DNA of 64,000 nt from Octopus vulgaris (lineage: Eukaryota), in NCBI GenBank assembly GCA_951406725.2, contig OX597817.1, forward strand, positions 21,080,001-21,144,000. The letters are read 5' to 3'. Within the stretch, counting starts at the first letter, position 1. Every line of letters starts with the position of its first letter. The translations under genes and the position numbers were made by a program. The notes under the pieces are model-generated. The model was not told the DNA's origin, searched no databases, and saw only the letters and a list, made by a program, of their open reading frames with translations. This document shows positions 11,690 to 25,521 of the stretch, piece after piece.

Positions 11690-14040
11690 TTTCTTATTTT
11701 TATTATTTTGACGCCCGTCCATTGTTTACAAATCCTTCGTGAATTCTTCAGCGGCAATTTTGGTTTCCGTGTGTGTTCTTGCTCCAATCACTCCTTTATG
11801 TTCTTCTAAGATGTGTATCTTTATGTGCGCATACGATTGTATCTTTGTTTGTTTGCGTGCGTAAGTGTGTGTATGCATGTGTGTGTCATAGTTTTTAGCA
11901 GCAGCATGGCCTTCCTCTCAGCCCCAACACTGTTACTGTCCTTAGACGGGAGAAAAATAAAAGTAATTATCTATTTATCTATTTATATATTTACTTATAT
12001 ATTTCTTTATCCTTTATGCATCTATCTCTATTTCTCATACGTAACACAGCTACGTGCATATATATCTATTGTATGTGTAGTGTTCTGTATGTATTTGTGT
12101 GTAATTTAGGTTTTTTTTTTGTTGTTTTAGTTTCTTAATCTTTCCTCCGTCTTTACTCTCTCTTCGCTGCCTTTAAATGTATAAAGGAGACAGCACTAAG
12201 TAAAAAGCTATCATAGAGAGTGAATCTAAAAGGATCTGCTCGCTGTACTGGAGTATATCCTGGAACAACACAGAATGGACCAGTAATATGTTAAATAAGG
12301 CCTTGGTATGACAACAAAACACCAGAGTAACATGTACGTCGATGCTACCTCTGGCGGCGAACTAGCACATCTTTTAGAAAAAAGAATAAGTAAGGCTCAT
12401 CAACGAATTAAAATAGTTGGGAGGCCAGTTGCTCTTTTAAAATCGCTGATCGCCAATATCTATCTCTTTACTAAGTCCCCGTGTGCGGGGTACAATTGTG
12501 TTATATGTAGGGTGAACCCACGGGTTAGCTGTAAGTTTAGGAATGTAGTGTAAAGCTTATGATGTAGTGAGAGGCGGTGCAGAAACATGACAGCTACCTA
12601 CATTGGAGAGACTGCACGCAATACAGGAGAGCGTATTGGTGTCATTGGCGAGAGCTCAAAGAAGGGAATAGCTCGTGAGTGTTCTACCAACATGCTCAGG
12701 CAGAATATGGAGGCTCGATTAATAGCATAGGGATTAATATACTATCGACACATAAAACTGAAACGACACTTAGATAGATCACAGAGGCTACACACATAAC
12801 AATAGACAGCCCGAGACTCAATAGAAAACACGAATAGAACAGTAACACCCACCACCACGCTACATGACTAAAGACAGGAAGGATGAGAAGAGAGAGAGAA
12901 AATGATCGTAAATAATATACAAAAAAAAACACAGCGTAATACATAATATATTTGTGTCATATTTATGAGAAACAGATATTTATATATAGATAAATATATA
13001 AATACATAAATACGTAAATATATAAATATATTTGTCACATACTTTTGATAAATTTGAGACATAGAGATAGATAAAATAAATAAATGAAAGTATATAAATG
13101 CCATGGACACATACAATATACAAAGCGAAAACTTACACACACAAACACGTAGACACGAAATTTGATGGACGGCTATAACAATGCCAACAACATAATTAAC
13201 AACGACAGCAGCAACAATAATAACAAATTGGCAATAACAACAACTGCCACGATGGCAACACCGTGGGTGCAAACTTATACATAGAAGAATACCGGAACTA
13301 TACCTATTTCTTTATTACCCACAAGGGGCTAAACACAGAGGGGACAAACAAGGACAGATATAGGTATTAAGTCGATTACATCGACCCCAGTGCGTAACTG
13401 GTACTTAATTTATCGATCCTGAAAGGATGAAATGCAAAGTCGACCTTGGCGGAATTTGAACTCAGAACGTAGCGGCAGACGAAATACCTGTTTCTTTACT
13501 ACCCACAAGGGGCTAAACACAGAGAGGACAAACAAGGAGAGACAAACGGGTTAAGTCGATAATTCGACCCCAGTGCTTAACTGGTACTTATTTAATCGAC
13601 CCCGAAAGGATGAAATGCAAAGTCGACCTCGGCGGAATTTGAACTCACAACGTAACGCAGACGAAATAACGCTAAGCATTTCGCCCGGCGTGCTAACGCT
13701 TCTGCCAGCTCGCCGCCTTTTCTACAGGAACTATACCATAGTCTTCTGGAGTCTTAAGACAGCTGCTGTACAATGGGTTTAGGAGATGGGCCTGAGGAGA
13801 AGGCCACACAGATGCTAAAAACTATGACACACATATACACGCACATGCACACACACACACAAACAAGAATATAAAAGCATGCGCACATAAGGATACACAT
13901 CTTAGGAGAACAGAATGAAGTAGAGCAAGAACGTGCGAAAACGAAAAGTGTCACTGAAAATGTCACAGATGTTAGACGAAAGATTTATGGACAATGGACA
14001 TGAGAGACAATATTGAAATAAGAACAGTAATAAACGAGTG
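11690..14040 (+). mobile_element. Old Penelope-like element: GIY-YIG fossil flanked by diverged inverted pLTR arms
   Basis: 12308-12850 encodes SCKFRNVV*SL*CSERRC...ATYIGETARNTGER; 11690-11945 is an inverted homolog of 13745-14040 (gctaaaaactatgacacac, gcgcacataa.gatacacatcttag). Confidence 0.65.
13305..13720 (-). mobile_element. tRNA-derived SINE, family A (dimeric), nested in the old PLE
   Basis: Two SINE body modules; flanking direct repeat ggaactatacc at 13294-13304 and 13727-13737. Confidence 0.88.
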
Positions 14041-14249
14041 AAGAAAAGATGCATAGTACGTGTGTTTATTTGGCCAAAAAATGACCATCCCGATATACAG
14101 CGATTTCTGCTTCAATACACGATTAGACATTAGGAATCTTGCAAAACGAAATAATAAACGTATATAAAACAACAGGTCCAGTGTGTATGTGTGTGCGTAT
14201 GTGAGTGTATGCATGCATATATCCCTAAATATATCTATATTCAATCGTG

Positions 14250-14282
<33 letters not shown>

Positions 14283-14834
14283 TTATTTATATGTGTGTGT
14301 GTGTGTGTATAGATGCGTTTATATTTATGCTTCTTTTTAATACATGCATGCTTATTTTCAATATCCTATCGTTGTACGGTTAATATATATATATATGTCG
14401 CGTGTACGAATAAACGATCTTTCGAATGTGTTCCTTAGATATAATTCTTCTACTGTCTATAGCAAACTTGCGTTTCTCCCGCTACTTATAAATATTTGCT
14501 TTCTTTTTTTCTCCCAGTTTTTTATCCCTCGTCTTTATTATTCTGTTACTTATCAATTTTATACAGAAATATTAATCTACATTCATTCTACATCTATAAA
14601 AACCCAAACAATTAGAAATGAACTTGAAAGTCCATAATGGGTTACAGTCTGATATACGCTACATAACTTATAACTTAAAACTCTCAACCGTGCCTTTGTA
14701 AAAGATATAATACATATATATATGTATTATTAAATACACGTGTATTATTTATATATATATATATAAACACATACGGGCATTGAAGCACAAATCCTTATAT
14801 GAACGCATATGCCTGTGAGCAGCATACGTGTCTC

Positions 14835-15236
14835 TCTTTATATAAAGCTGAAGTTGTCTGTGTGTGTGTGTGTGTGTGTACGGCAGGTTTGGTAGCCTTC
14901 AACTAACACTATCTTCTCCGAGACCCTGCGGCACAAGTTGACCAAAATGGAGAGTATGACAGAAGAAGACTTGTTCTTCCTTCCGTAGGAGAAAAAATTC
15001 AAATTGGACCATGTTATCACCAAAAATTATTTACATCAAAAGGTGCTTTTTTCTATGAAAATCCCTACTTTTTACAATTTTTTTACTGCTGTGTCGCCAT
15101 TATTCGGTTTATTTCAACCAGAAAAATGTTCGCTTAAAGAGAATAACAAGCTACATAATGTAAAATTTTTACTTTTAAAAAATTCCGATTCTAAAGGGTC
15201 GAAACAAACCCAAGCAATGCTGGGCGATACTGCTAG
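14835..15236 (+). mobile_element. Non-autonomous Helitron
   Basis: 5' TCTTTATATAAAG; 3' hairpin cccaagcaatgctggg then CTAG|T; termini shared with 43392-43788. Confidence 0.75.
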
Positions 15237-16200
15237 TACTTCATAAAAATAAGTCTTTATGTCGTAGATTAGGTTTTCAAAACAAAATATATATACACTT
15301 GTGTGTTTGTGTATCATTGTATGCGTTCCTTTGTATGTATGCGTGTGTATGTCTTTGTGTGTTTGTATTGTGTATGCGTGTATATGAATGCACCTATGTC
15401 AGTAGGAATGCATGTATGAACATTTACGCATAAAAATTATTACGTGGATATATTTATTTTTCTATACAAGAACAAATGTATTAGTTCCTCTACAAAAGTA
15501 TATTTGTATTCTGTTATTCTATAATTCTATCCATATATAACAAGTAGAATTTATAAAGTTTACTGTTTTTCTGCAAACTATAACATTACTTATGTTTCGG
15601 TAAAAGTGAAATACATTCTTTTTTTTATGTGAAGTGTGTCTCTTGGGATAGTGTAAAATCAAACAGGTAGTTTTTAATGTGTACTCTTAGGAGAGAATAT
15701 CTTTGAAAATATTTCTTAGCTCTTACAGTTGTCACCTCCGCTAAATTGAGATTTATTATCACTTATTTTCATCTTTACGTCAAGACGTAAACAATTTTAA
15801 GTATGGAAAGAAATTTAAGATATTATCGATATCATTATTATGCTAGGGTATGCCACATTGGTAAAATTGTAAAAAAAACATATTTACACACTGCTGCATT
15901 TTAAATCTCATTTAAGACGAGGATGTGTATGGTTGGGTTTGAACCAACTGTCCTACTGAACGATGTGTTACAGGTACCCTGTTGAGATTTAGATGTTAAA
16001 GAAAATATACGAGAAATATTTAGATATTACAATGTTACTATATTTCAGTTATTCATTATCGATTTCTTTACATAAGTTTAGCTTTACCTATAGGTGCAGT
16101 AACAGAACAATATTATAGTTTTATCAATTTAAATACATATGTGTGTCTCTAATCTGTGAAACTACTAGTGTCCTCTATCTGTGTATTCATCGGTACGTCC

Positions 16201-16248
<48 letters not shown>

Positions 16249-16251
<3 letters not shown>

Positions 16252-16523
16252 TATGAAAGAATGGAGTTCAACGACGAATTAACTAAATTCCTTCATTTTC
16301 GACATGGAATAAGGAGTATATTATGTCGCTTTCTCATCAGGAAAAGCAAGGAGCGTATGTCAACATCAAGATGCACAAAAAACATTTAGATGACTGCTCA
16401 CACGGAGCCCATAGTGAAAATGAGTGTCTCTTTAAGAAATTCCTTCTCTGATGTGAATTTGCTACCCAGGTATCGGTTAACCGAATTATCCATAACAAGA
16501 TAATTCATTCAACTACTCAAATA

Positions 16524-16525
<2 letters not shown>
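16249..16525 (-). mobile_element. Non-coding pLTR-like element (family P4) with a partly deleted hammerhead
   Basis: Homologous to 50915-51281; keeps ttttc-CUGAUGA-G and the GUC-gaaaa end but lacks the GAAAC segment; flanked by (TA)n. Confidence 0.6.
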
Positions 16526-16570
<45 letters not shown>

Positions 16571-16726
16571 ATTATTATTATTATTATTATTTATATTATA
16601 TTGAGGGTACTACTATTCGTAGATACCAACACGCTAAGAGGGACCAATGCGGTCAAAACTACTAAAAATAAACAAAATTTTACCGAATGCAAAACTTCAA
16701 AACACATCATTTTAAAAAAGAATTCA

Positions 16727-16790
16727 GTTACATATCACATGTGATTTCGCATTTAATGCAGAATATGCATTTCATGTTCATCAGTGCAAC
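16727..16790 (-). ncRNA. Type I hammerhead ribozyme (P1)
   Basis: GUUGCA-CUGAUGA-ACAU..AAUGCA UAUUC UGCAUU..AUGC-GAA-AUCACAUGUGAU-A-UGUAAC; palindromic stem III; AUA cleavage triplet; A10.1/C11.1 mismatch. Confidence 0.8.
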
Positions 16791-17222
16791 AAGCTCAAGA
16801 AATATAAGAGAAAACATAACATTACAAGCTCGATAGCCAACCGTAGAATTCGTCGTAGCATGTACGAATGTTTATCTTTACATATCTATGAAAATGGCGG
16901 GCTTATTCGCAATGCATTTCGGTACCAAATTGTCTAGTCGGAATAAAAATTCAGTATTGAAATATTCCGGTGAAAAATATAAATTAACAATTGAGGATAA
17001 AATCTTTAAAAGAAATTATCAGTAGTCAGCATGAAAAACCTCGTAAGAGAAAAATCCGTAAATTCTTCCTCTTTGAAAATATTCATTTATATTATATTGA
17101 GGGTACTACTATTCGTAGATACCAACACGCTAAGAGGGACCAATGCGGCCAAAACTACTAAAAATAAACAAAATGTTACCGAATGCAAAACTTCAAAACA
17201 CATCATTTTAAAAAAGAATTCA

Positions 17223-17286
17223 GTTACATATCACATGTGATTTCGCATTTAATGCAGAATATGCATTTCATGTTCATCAGTGCAAC
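17223..17286 (-). ncRNA. Type I hammerhead ribozyme (P1, second copy)
   Basis: Same sequence as 16727-16790. Confidence 0.8.
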
Positions 17287-17397
17287 AAACTCAAGAAATA
17301 TAAGAGAAAACATAACATTACAAGCTCGATAGCCAACCGTAGAATTCGTCGTAGCATGTACGAATGTTTATCTTTACATATCTATGAATATCTTTAC

Positions 17398-17451
<54 letters not shown>

Positions 17452-20001
17452 ATACTCATGTGTATGTGTCTGTATCTCTGTACAGTATGTAGATGGGGGG
17501 GTAGGACACGTCAACCTCTAGTTATTAGAACAACAGAGACAAATTTGAAATGAATTCAAGATTGCTACTAGATGATATACCACTATTGTTCAGTTCGTTT
17601 CACGGTCTGTTAATCCTGTGAAAGCAAAATCCACTATTTTCTTTATTTCGTGGCCAATAAATATGCACCCGCCACACACACATACAGGCGCACATGCCTC
17701 ACGCACATACACACATAGATTTTATGCCGCAGTGCGTAATTGTGTGTATTTGGATTCTCTTTTATCTCACTATGAATTAGACAAATATTTCTATTTCCCT
17801 AAGATAGATTAAAGACAGTTTAAGATTTTATAACAGATATCTCTAAATAATCTCGCTAAAGCCTCTCAGTAGTGCTGGAAAAACAACACTTGAAGTGGTT
17901 TTCGTAGTGTATATTACAGTCGAGTCTATGTATTCCTGTTTTTTTTTCTTTCGTTACACCTAACGACGTAGGAACAGGAAATTTGCTCACAATATAAACT
18001 CGTTATTCATTAATATTTATTAGTTTATTTTAAAATCTTCAAGATAATCTTATTCCTGACTTTGGTGCATATTTATTGTGATGTGTTTAGCAAATATTCA
18101 TACATTAAATATCTCCTCCCTGTGGAAGGTGTGAACCGGGATTTAGATATTGATGGATAATATTACGTAGAGGCATATCCTCGACCAATGAATTTACAAT
18201 TTTTCATATTTTACTTCGCAATGTTAAGCTGGACAACGCTGCAATTTATCTTCCTTCGCAAGAGGTTTGACATAATACAAATTCGTTTAGATAAAACATA
18301 CTCCACTGTGAAAATTGGTGTAGTGTCTTGTCAAATGAAACGATTACTTGCATATAAAGTATGTCTTTCCAGTAGATCACTTTGGGCGATTTCGCTTCTG
18401 GACACCTATTAAACACTTATATTGACATTAAAGGAGTCAGTGTCACTTCTCTTTGAAAATAGTATTCTTGAGTCGAGAGAAGAGATGCTGAAAAAAGGTG
18501 ATCACTTGGTGGGTCAAGGTTTGCAGCCATTGTTCCTGAAACTGTCATATAATGCCTACTTTAATGATATATTTTATAATGATAGCACCATACGAACATT
18601 GGAATACTGGCTAGTATGTATTTGTTTTTTTCTGATAGGTAGACAGCAAAACATAGTTTTGTGAATATGATTGTACTTATTTAAGACTCATTTCAATTAA
18701 TTGCTTTAATAATGCATCCTAAATCCTTTACGATTTTTGTTTCGGCGATTGCATTGTTTGGAAATTCGTTCTCACTTTCAAACTTGTTTTGCTGAAATTA
18801 ACAATACAATACATTGACTAATCTTTAAAAGAGCTTACTTCTCTCCTGCTCAAATAATTTATATTTATCATCTCAATTTCTAATTATGTGATTTTCTTTC
18901 AAGTTCTGATTCTCGATGTGATGTCGAAATATTTTCATATCTACAGTTACGTGTGTTTACCAATTCTCCCACATTTTGCTATCAAATATCCTTTCTTTGT
19001 AATATATTTACATTGAAAATAAGAATGTTACAGTGGTCTACATATGAAACTCCTCTTCTAACATTCTTCTAAAATTCACTATATATTTGTATAATCAAGA
19101 AATAACCAAAAGCATTATGTAATGTGGTTTACGAATAGAATCCTTTAAATATATATCGCTATATGTAAATAGTATTACTTCACATTGCTATGTAATTCAC
19201 TGCCGGAAAAATATCGGCAATAACGCCTAATTCCTGAATCATACGTGTATGAGCAGGTATATTTCCACGGCCTCATATCTTGCTGTTATATGTTATGAGT
19301 ACATACTATTCTTTATCACTCAGGATAAATGAGTTTTAATCATATCGGAAATATAGATTAAACGTATCTTTTAAGTTTATGTTTTAATCTTGCTAGCATT
19401 CGACCTAAAACTAATTTCTAACTTTGAAGGAAGACCACACGTTTTGAACGGGCGTATGCTGGTCATATATGAATTCAGTATGTAAATGGTACACCATTAT
19501 ATCAACTCTAGAATAATGAAGTCCAATGTTTGAAGGGGAAACATTAAGCACAATAAATAAATCACTCTAGCTATTATGTCCAAAGCGTTAAGGTTTTTTC
19601 CAATCCTCAAGGCTTTTCAATATCATGCCAATAATATACATCGTCGACTTTAAAGTTTTAAATGACATATTCTGATCGAGATATAAACACTAGACTGTAA
19701 AGTCTTCAGCGTAAGTAACAAAGAAAATGAGAGCACTTGGTATTTAAAATATAGTATCAAAATACATGTTTATTAAACTAAATGTTCAGCTTCGTGTTTC
19801 GAAATTGCAAAGAAGACCATCATAGTAGAGGCCTGAAAGAGTGAAATAATATTCAGATAACGAAAACAAAAAGAAAATTTTGACTGGTTGCATATGTAAA
19901 TACAGATATGAATAACTAATCGTATATGACTTTATATAGTAAAGAAAAACTATTTACTTGTATAAAGTAATAAAGCATTTAACGAAACGTAATCATCCTA
20001 T

Positions 20002-20411
20002 AGGCGCAGGAGTTGCTGTGTGGTAAGTAGCTTGCTTACCAGCCACATGGTTCCGGGTTCAGTCCCACTGCGTGGCACCTTGGGCAAATGTCTTCTATTA
20101 TAGCCTCGGGCCGACCAAAGCCTTGTGAGTGGATTTGGTAGACGGAAACTGAAAGAAGCCCGTCGTATATATGTATATATATATATGTGTGCGTATATGT
20201 TTGTGTGTCTGTATTTGTACCCCTAGCATTGCTTGACAACCGATGCTGGTGTGTTTATTTCCCTGTCACTTAGCGGTTCGGCAAAAGAGACCGATAGAAT
20301 AAGTACTGGGCTTACAAAGAATACGTCCCGGGGTCGAGTTGCTCGATTAAAGGTGGTGCTCCAGCATTGCCGCAGTCAAATGACTGAAACAAGTAAAAGA
20401 GTAAAAGAGTA
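20002..20411 (+). mobile_element. tRNA-derived SINE, family C
   Basis: ggcgcaggagttgctgtgtggtaag...gggttcagtccc head, internal (TA)/(TG) tract, 3' gactgaaac followed by gtaaaaga repeats. Confidence 0.88.
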
Positions 20412-22081
20412 TCCTCATGTAACTGGATCTTATTAACTGAAAGAATCTGAAACTATTCACCGGAATCCATCCACTTCCAAATTTACTGCAGATAATAAGA
20501 ACAATAAGAAGGAATGCAGGAAAAGAACATGAAAGAAGAATGCCATCTATAAAGTGAGATTATTCTGGAAAACTCTCTAAATGGGATTTTCAATTATAAA
20601 TATGGTTTAATCCAAAGAGAGAGAGAGAGAGTGCGAAAAAAAGGAAAATATGTAAATATAAATTGCAATGAAACCCAGGTAATATCGGTATATGGATAAA
20701 ACAGAACCCTGCTAAATTTGAAATTTCAATTTACGAGTATTTCATTGAGGGTGCGCCTTACGAAAATTGCATGGCAACATGCTTTGATTAATACAAACTT
20801 ATCTCGCTATGTCATCACACATATTGACAAAAAATACGTATAACTTTCCCCCTAATATTCCCATGCATATAAGCAGATATTTAAGCAAAGATTATACTAA
20901 CGGAAAGGCAAACATGTTGTCTCAAGATTATATTTCGAATGTCCAGTAGCAAATCTCGGTTTTCCTAAAGAATTTACACGAGAATAAAATCACGTTTTAA
21001 ATTCTTTTGCTGTTGATTCGATACACGATTTCAGCTGCTAGCGATCATTCAAATATCCATTTCATACGTATAATAATGTAGCAGGGTAATTTCTATTGTT
21101 ACCGTTTCTACAATTAAACACGCTCACGGTCTTGTTCTATGTGTTTCGTGCATGTATCTGAAAACTGTAGGAAATATTCGAATATTTTTGCAACAAATTT
21201 AATGGAATTTTTGCAAAAGATTATATGAAGCCTGGCATCGTTATCGACGTGATGCTCTGACTATAAGCTATAAGCTTGAGTATTGTGTTATAATATTCAA
21301 ACTAAAATCGAATTATGAAATGAGATTTTTCTATTTCTATTTCTACATTTGTGAGTTGAAGTCATTTGTATATATGATGTATTATACGAAAGACTGCTGG
21401 TATTAAATGCTTTGTTGTTTAAATAGGAAACCTTAGCAACAGAATTTGCTCCAACGGATATTGATGATATATACCTACAAACCTAACTGTCGAAATTAGT
21501 GTTTTGTGGAAGATTATAAACTTTATCAATATAGACTTTTATTGGATTCATTATAAAGGAAACTGTCTTAGTATCTCACATTATGTCTAGGTGGACAACA
21601 TTTACTTGATAAATCTCGGAAGTAAAGTATAATATTAATTAACTTAATTTCACGAATCATTTGTATATTATTCTTCCTGAATCTTGTTACGATATGGTCA
21701 TTTATATTGCACCAGATAATGCATCATCTATCCAATATATACATATAGATATATACAGACATAAGTATATGTATGTGTGTTTGTTGGTTTGTATATGTGT
21801 ATGTCTATATCTGTGAGAATTAAGCGCTAGTGCCCTCGTCATGTTTGGAACTGGGAACGTAAGTAGACATAAATACAACCCTTTAGTTATTATGTATAAA
21901 ACTCCAAGGATTCCGCTATTTGATCCATTATAGATATAATTGTGGAGCAGGTTCCAGTGGAATTAATAAGTGACACATCTATTCTAGGTTACAGAGTTTT
22001 ACTGACAGAAATAGCATGAAAATATTAGATTATTTTCTTTCTTTGTACATTACGTACATACATTTATAATATATGTGCTTC

Positions 22082-22139
<58 letters not shown>

Positions 22140-23506
22140 TGTTTGTATCTTTGGTGCGGGCGCACAATTCTATGTAAAATTTGTTATGTTGAATATAATT
22201 TACTGAATATTCTAAGTTGATTATATTCAACATAATAATGTCCATATAATAGTCATTTTTTCAGTTTTCTAAGAATGTGTATCACAAACGTTAAATTATT
22301 TTCAGTGGGAACGTTGATGCAGTATTCTATCACATACGCCCATTCTTTTTCCTGCGGTAGTCTTACAATGCAAGGTCTTGAGACTACGTCCAAACTAGCA
22401 CCTTTTCAATTAAGGCGGATGCAAGACAGACATGAAACTGATATAAGCACGTTACTACCTTAATATTCAGATGCTCCTCGTGTAGTTTACGCGTGATTTG
22501 ATTACTTTCTAGAGAAGGTCGATTGATGAAATACCTACTGTGTGTGTGTAAGGTCTAATTGTTCTCGCAAATATATTTTGGTAGATAGAAATAAATAAAT
22601 CGTTAATCAAAGAAAAACTTCAAACTGCTAATTCTCAATCATTCATCGGGAGATATTTATGGTATCACGACGCGCAATCTCTACACGTATATTAACACAA
22701 AAGCACAAACACACATATCCACATCTCTCAACGTCAAAGTATATTCAATAATATGCATACATAATTATAATCGTATAAACTAATTCTCTGTAATGAGAAT
22801 TTCATTGGACATCGGTGTGAAGAGCTATGTCAAATTGTGATGAAATTTGCGAATACACTGTTTACTGCCTGGGCAGTATGTCCTGTAGATGATATTAAAT
22901 GCATAACAGTAAGAAGTAGATAGCTGTTTGATCTATTCCTCTATAATCACTGTGTACAAAAATTCGATAATTGTTTTAAATTTGGTAGGAAGCTAATTCC
23001 TACCTTCAGGGAAAACTTGGTTGCGTACCTTGATCTAATCAATAGTGTACTGTCATATGATGATGAAGGAACTACTAGACTGACATTAAGATACATTCAG
23101 AGTTTACGATCGTTTCTGGGTCCCATGGTGAAGAAAATGCTCCATCAATCTTTCGCTCTTCTCTACCTCTGACCTCTTCGTTGTGATAATGTCTACCATT
23201 GGCAACAAGACAAAGAAAAATATTTTCCTCGCCATGGTACACAGAAACGATCGTAAACTCACTCTCACTCTCACCTTCCTTAAGTAGTTAAATAATGGCT
23301 TCCTAGCGCAAAAGAACACTTCTTACTTTTATTGTCCCTCCATTTTCTTATTGTCTATTTAAAATTAACTACGGTTTACCCGCCAAATTACCTGCTGCCG
23401 CAATACCATTTTTGCAAGGGCTATACCTAATCAGGTAATTAGCAAGAGTGCCTTTGGATATATCTATCCCTTATATACATATATACTGTATATACATATA
23501 TATAAG

Positions 23507-23539
<33 letters not shown>

Positions 23540-24868
23540 AAATATGAATGCGTATGTATGCATATATATGTGTGTATCTCTGTCTCTGTGTGTATGCATG
23601 TGTGTATATGCGTGCTTTACTGTCCCCCACTACAACTTGCAACATGTTTCTAATCGATCTCCTCAAAACACTGAGAACCGGACTAAATCTTAACCACATT
23701 TCTAGAATCTTTTGGGGGCTTCTCTGAACTGTCATTGAGGGGCAGCTCACTTTTAACCTGATTACATAAAATGCCAACCCCACTTCACTTAAAAGAGCGA
23801 TCTTAAAGAACCAACACTTCACTTGATCTCTACATTTTCTATGGTAACATGATATCAGGAAGGAGAAATGGTGACTCCTTCCATTAAGTTTGAGAACGTT
23901 ATTACATAATAAAATAGTAATAATATTGCTATTTATGTTTGAGAATCTCTTATTGTAATATTTATCTAAGCTTTTCGGATTGAATAAATATTTAATTTAC
24001 TTTCATTCGCCAAAAACAGCGGACCGCCTGACTATATGGTGTCAGTGGGAAAATGTGTGCTCCAACAGATATCACCGTGAATATAGATTGATAACTATTT
24101 AACCCTAATGAAACGAATTTTTCTCTTTTTTTTTTGTCAGTCTGAAAAAATGTCTCTACTTCATAAATTTTTACTTGAAAGCAATTGATTAGGAAACTTA
24201 CCTTGTAGAGCTAAATTTCATTGAATAAATTACATTGCATATATTACGAGTACATATAAATATCAACGAGGTAACGATGTAACGTAAGGCTAATATCGTA
24301 TGTTTATGAATTCCAAATAGATTAGGAAAGTGAATAAATACGGGATTATATCTACTGCCCTGCATAAGTATATGTCTTCCACATTTGTTCTTCCCGATGA
24401 AATAGTTACAACGTTAATAAATATTACGATTAGAAGGGCAATTAAAAATGTTAGTTGAGTGGAGCAGCGAATACACCGAAAAGAAGATCAACAGCAAGCA
24501 TAAACTATAATAAATAATAACATCAGCGAGAAGATTATCGATCATTGCATAATATTTCATGTTAGAGACATATGAGAAATTTAATCTTTCCTCTTCAACA
24601 GTTTACTCCATTTAACAAGAGTCCATAGTATACAAACAGACACATCGCTATTGCTGAAATATTTGCAGACATCATTATCAACATCATCAACACACAAGCA
24701 GCAGATATTATATCAACATGAAATTCATCGTCATCATCCTCTTCCTACTCCACTTCTTCATCCTCCAACTCCTCATCATCATCGTAGTCGTTGGCATTGC
24801 CATTCTTATACTCTACATCAACAGTATTGCCAATCCCATCCTGCGCTTATAGTATTGTTGCATTGCTC

Positions 24869-24945
<77 letters not shown>

Positions 24946-24949
<4 letters not shown>

Positions 24950-25417
24950 CTACTAGTCCTTGTTGTATCACACATATCGGGGTATTTTCAACTCACCCTT
25001 ATTAATTAATTATAATTATGCTACATTTATTTCTAAATGTAGTATTTGTTCCCGTGAAAGTTTGGCGCGCTGTTAGTAGGGGCATTTGAATTATAACGTC
25101 GGATGTAATCAATTGAACCACACGTGTATTTATCGTTATGGTAAAATCTGGCGTGTGATTGAGTGGATTTCATCCAGATAGTTTTGGCTGAGGAGCTACA
25201 AGTAGATTTTTTTGTAAGTAAAATTACATTTAATTCATTAATAGCGAAACAATTGTCCCAAAATAATCTGTATTTTTGTTATTTTTTATTTGCCCTGTTC
25301 GTGTGAGCTAACAATCGTACTGACTTTCATGGGAAACATGTATTTTTGTGGTTGAAACCTTTTGGATTAACTAGTGCTAGAGTGAGCCATATAGTGACCA
25401 CTCTCTTATATTTATTT

Positions 25418-25476
<59 letters not shown>

Positions 25477-25521
25477 CTACTAGTCCTTGATGTATCACAC
25501 ATATCTGGGTATTTTCAACTC
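24946..25521 (+). mobile_element. Non-coding HHR-bearing element (family P2) bounded by a 49-bp direct repeat
   Basis: 24946-24994 and 25473-25521 differ at 2 positions and each follows a (TA)n tract; HHR at 25182-25263. Confidence 0.7.
25182..25263 (+). ncRNA. Type I hammerhead ribozyme (P2)
   Basis: UUUUGG-CUGAGGA-GCUA...UAGC-GAA-ACAAUUGU-C-CCAAAA; canonical core; GUC cleavage after 25257; stem I extendable (caga/tctg). Confidence 0.88.

Larger units (their letters stand above)
16591..17388 (-). mobile_element. Retrozyme-like partial tandem repeat (family P1), 496-bp period, two hammerheads
   Basis: 16591-16889 repeats almost exactly at 17087-17388; each copy carries an HHR; flanked by (TA)n/(TTA)n. 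Confidence 0.8.
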
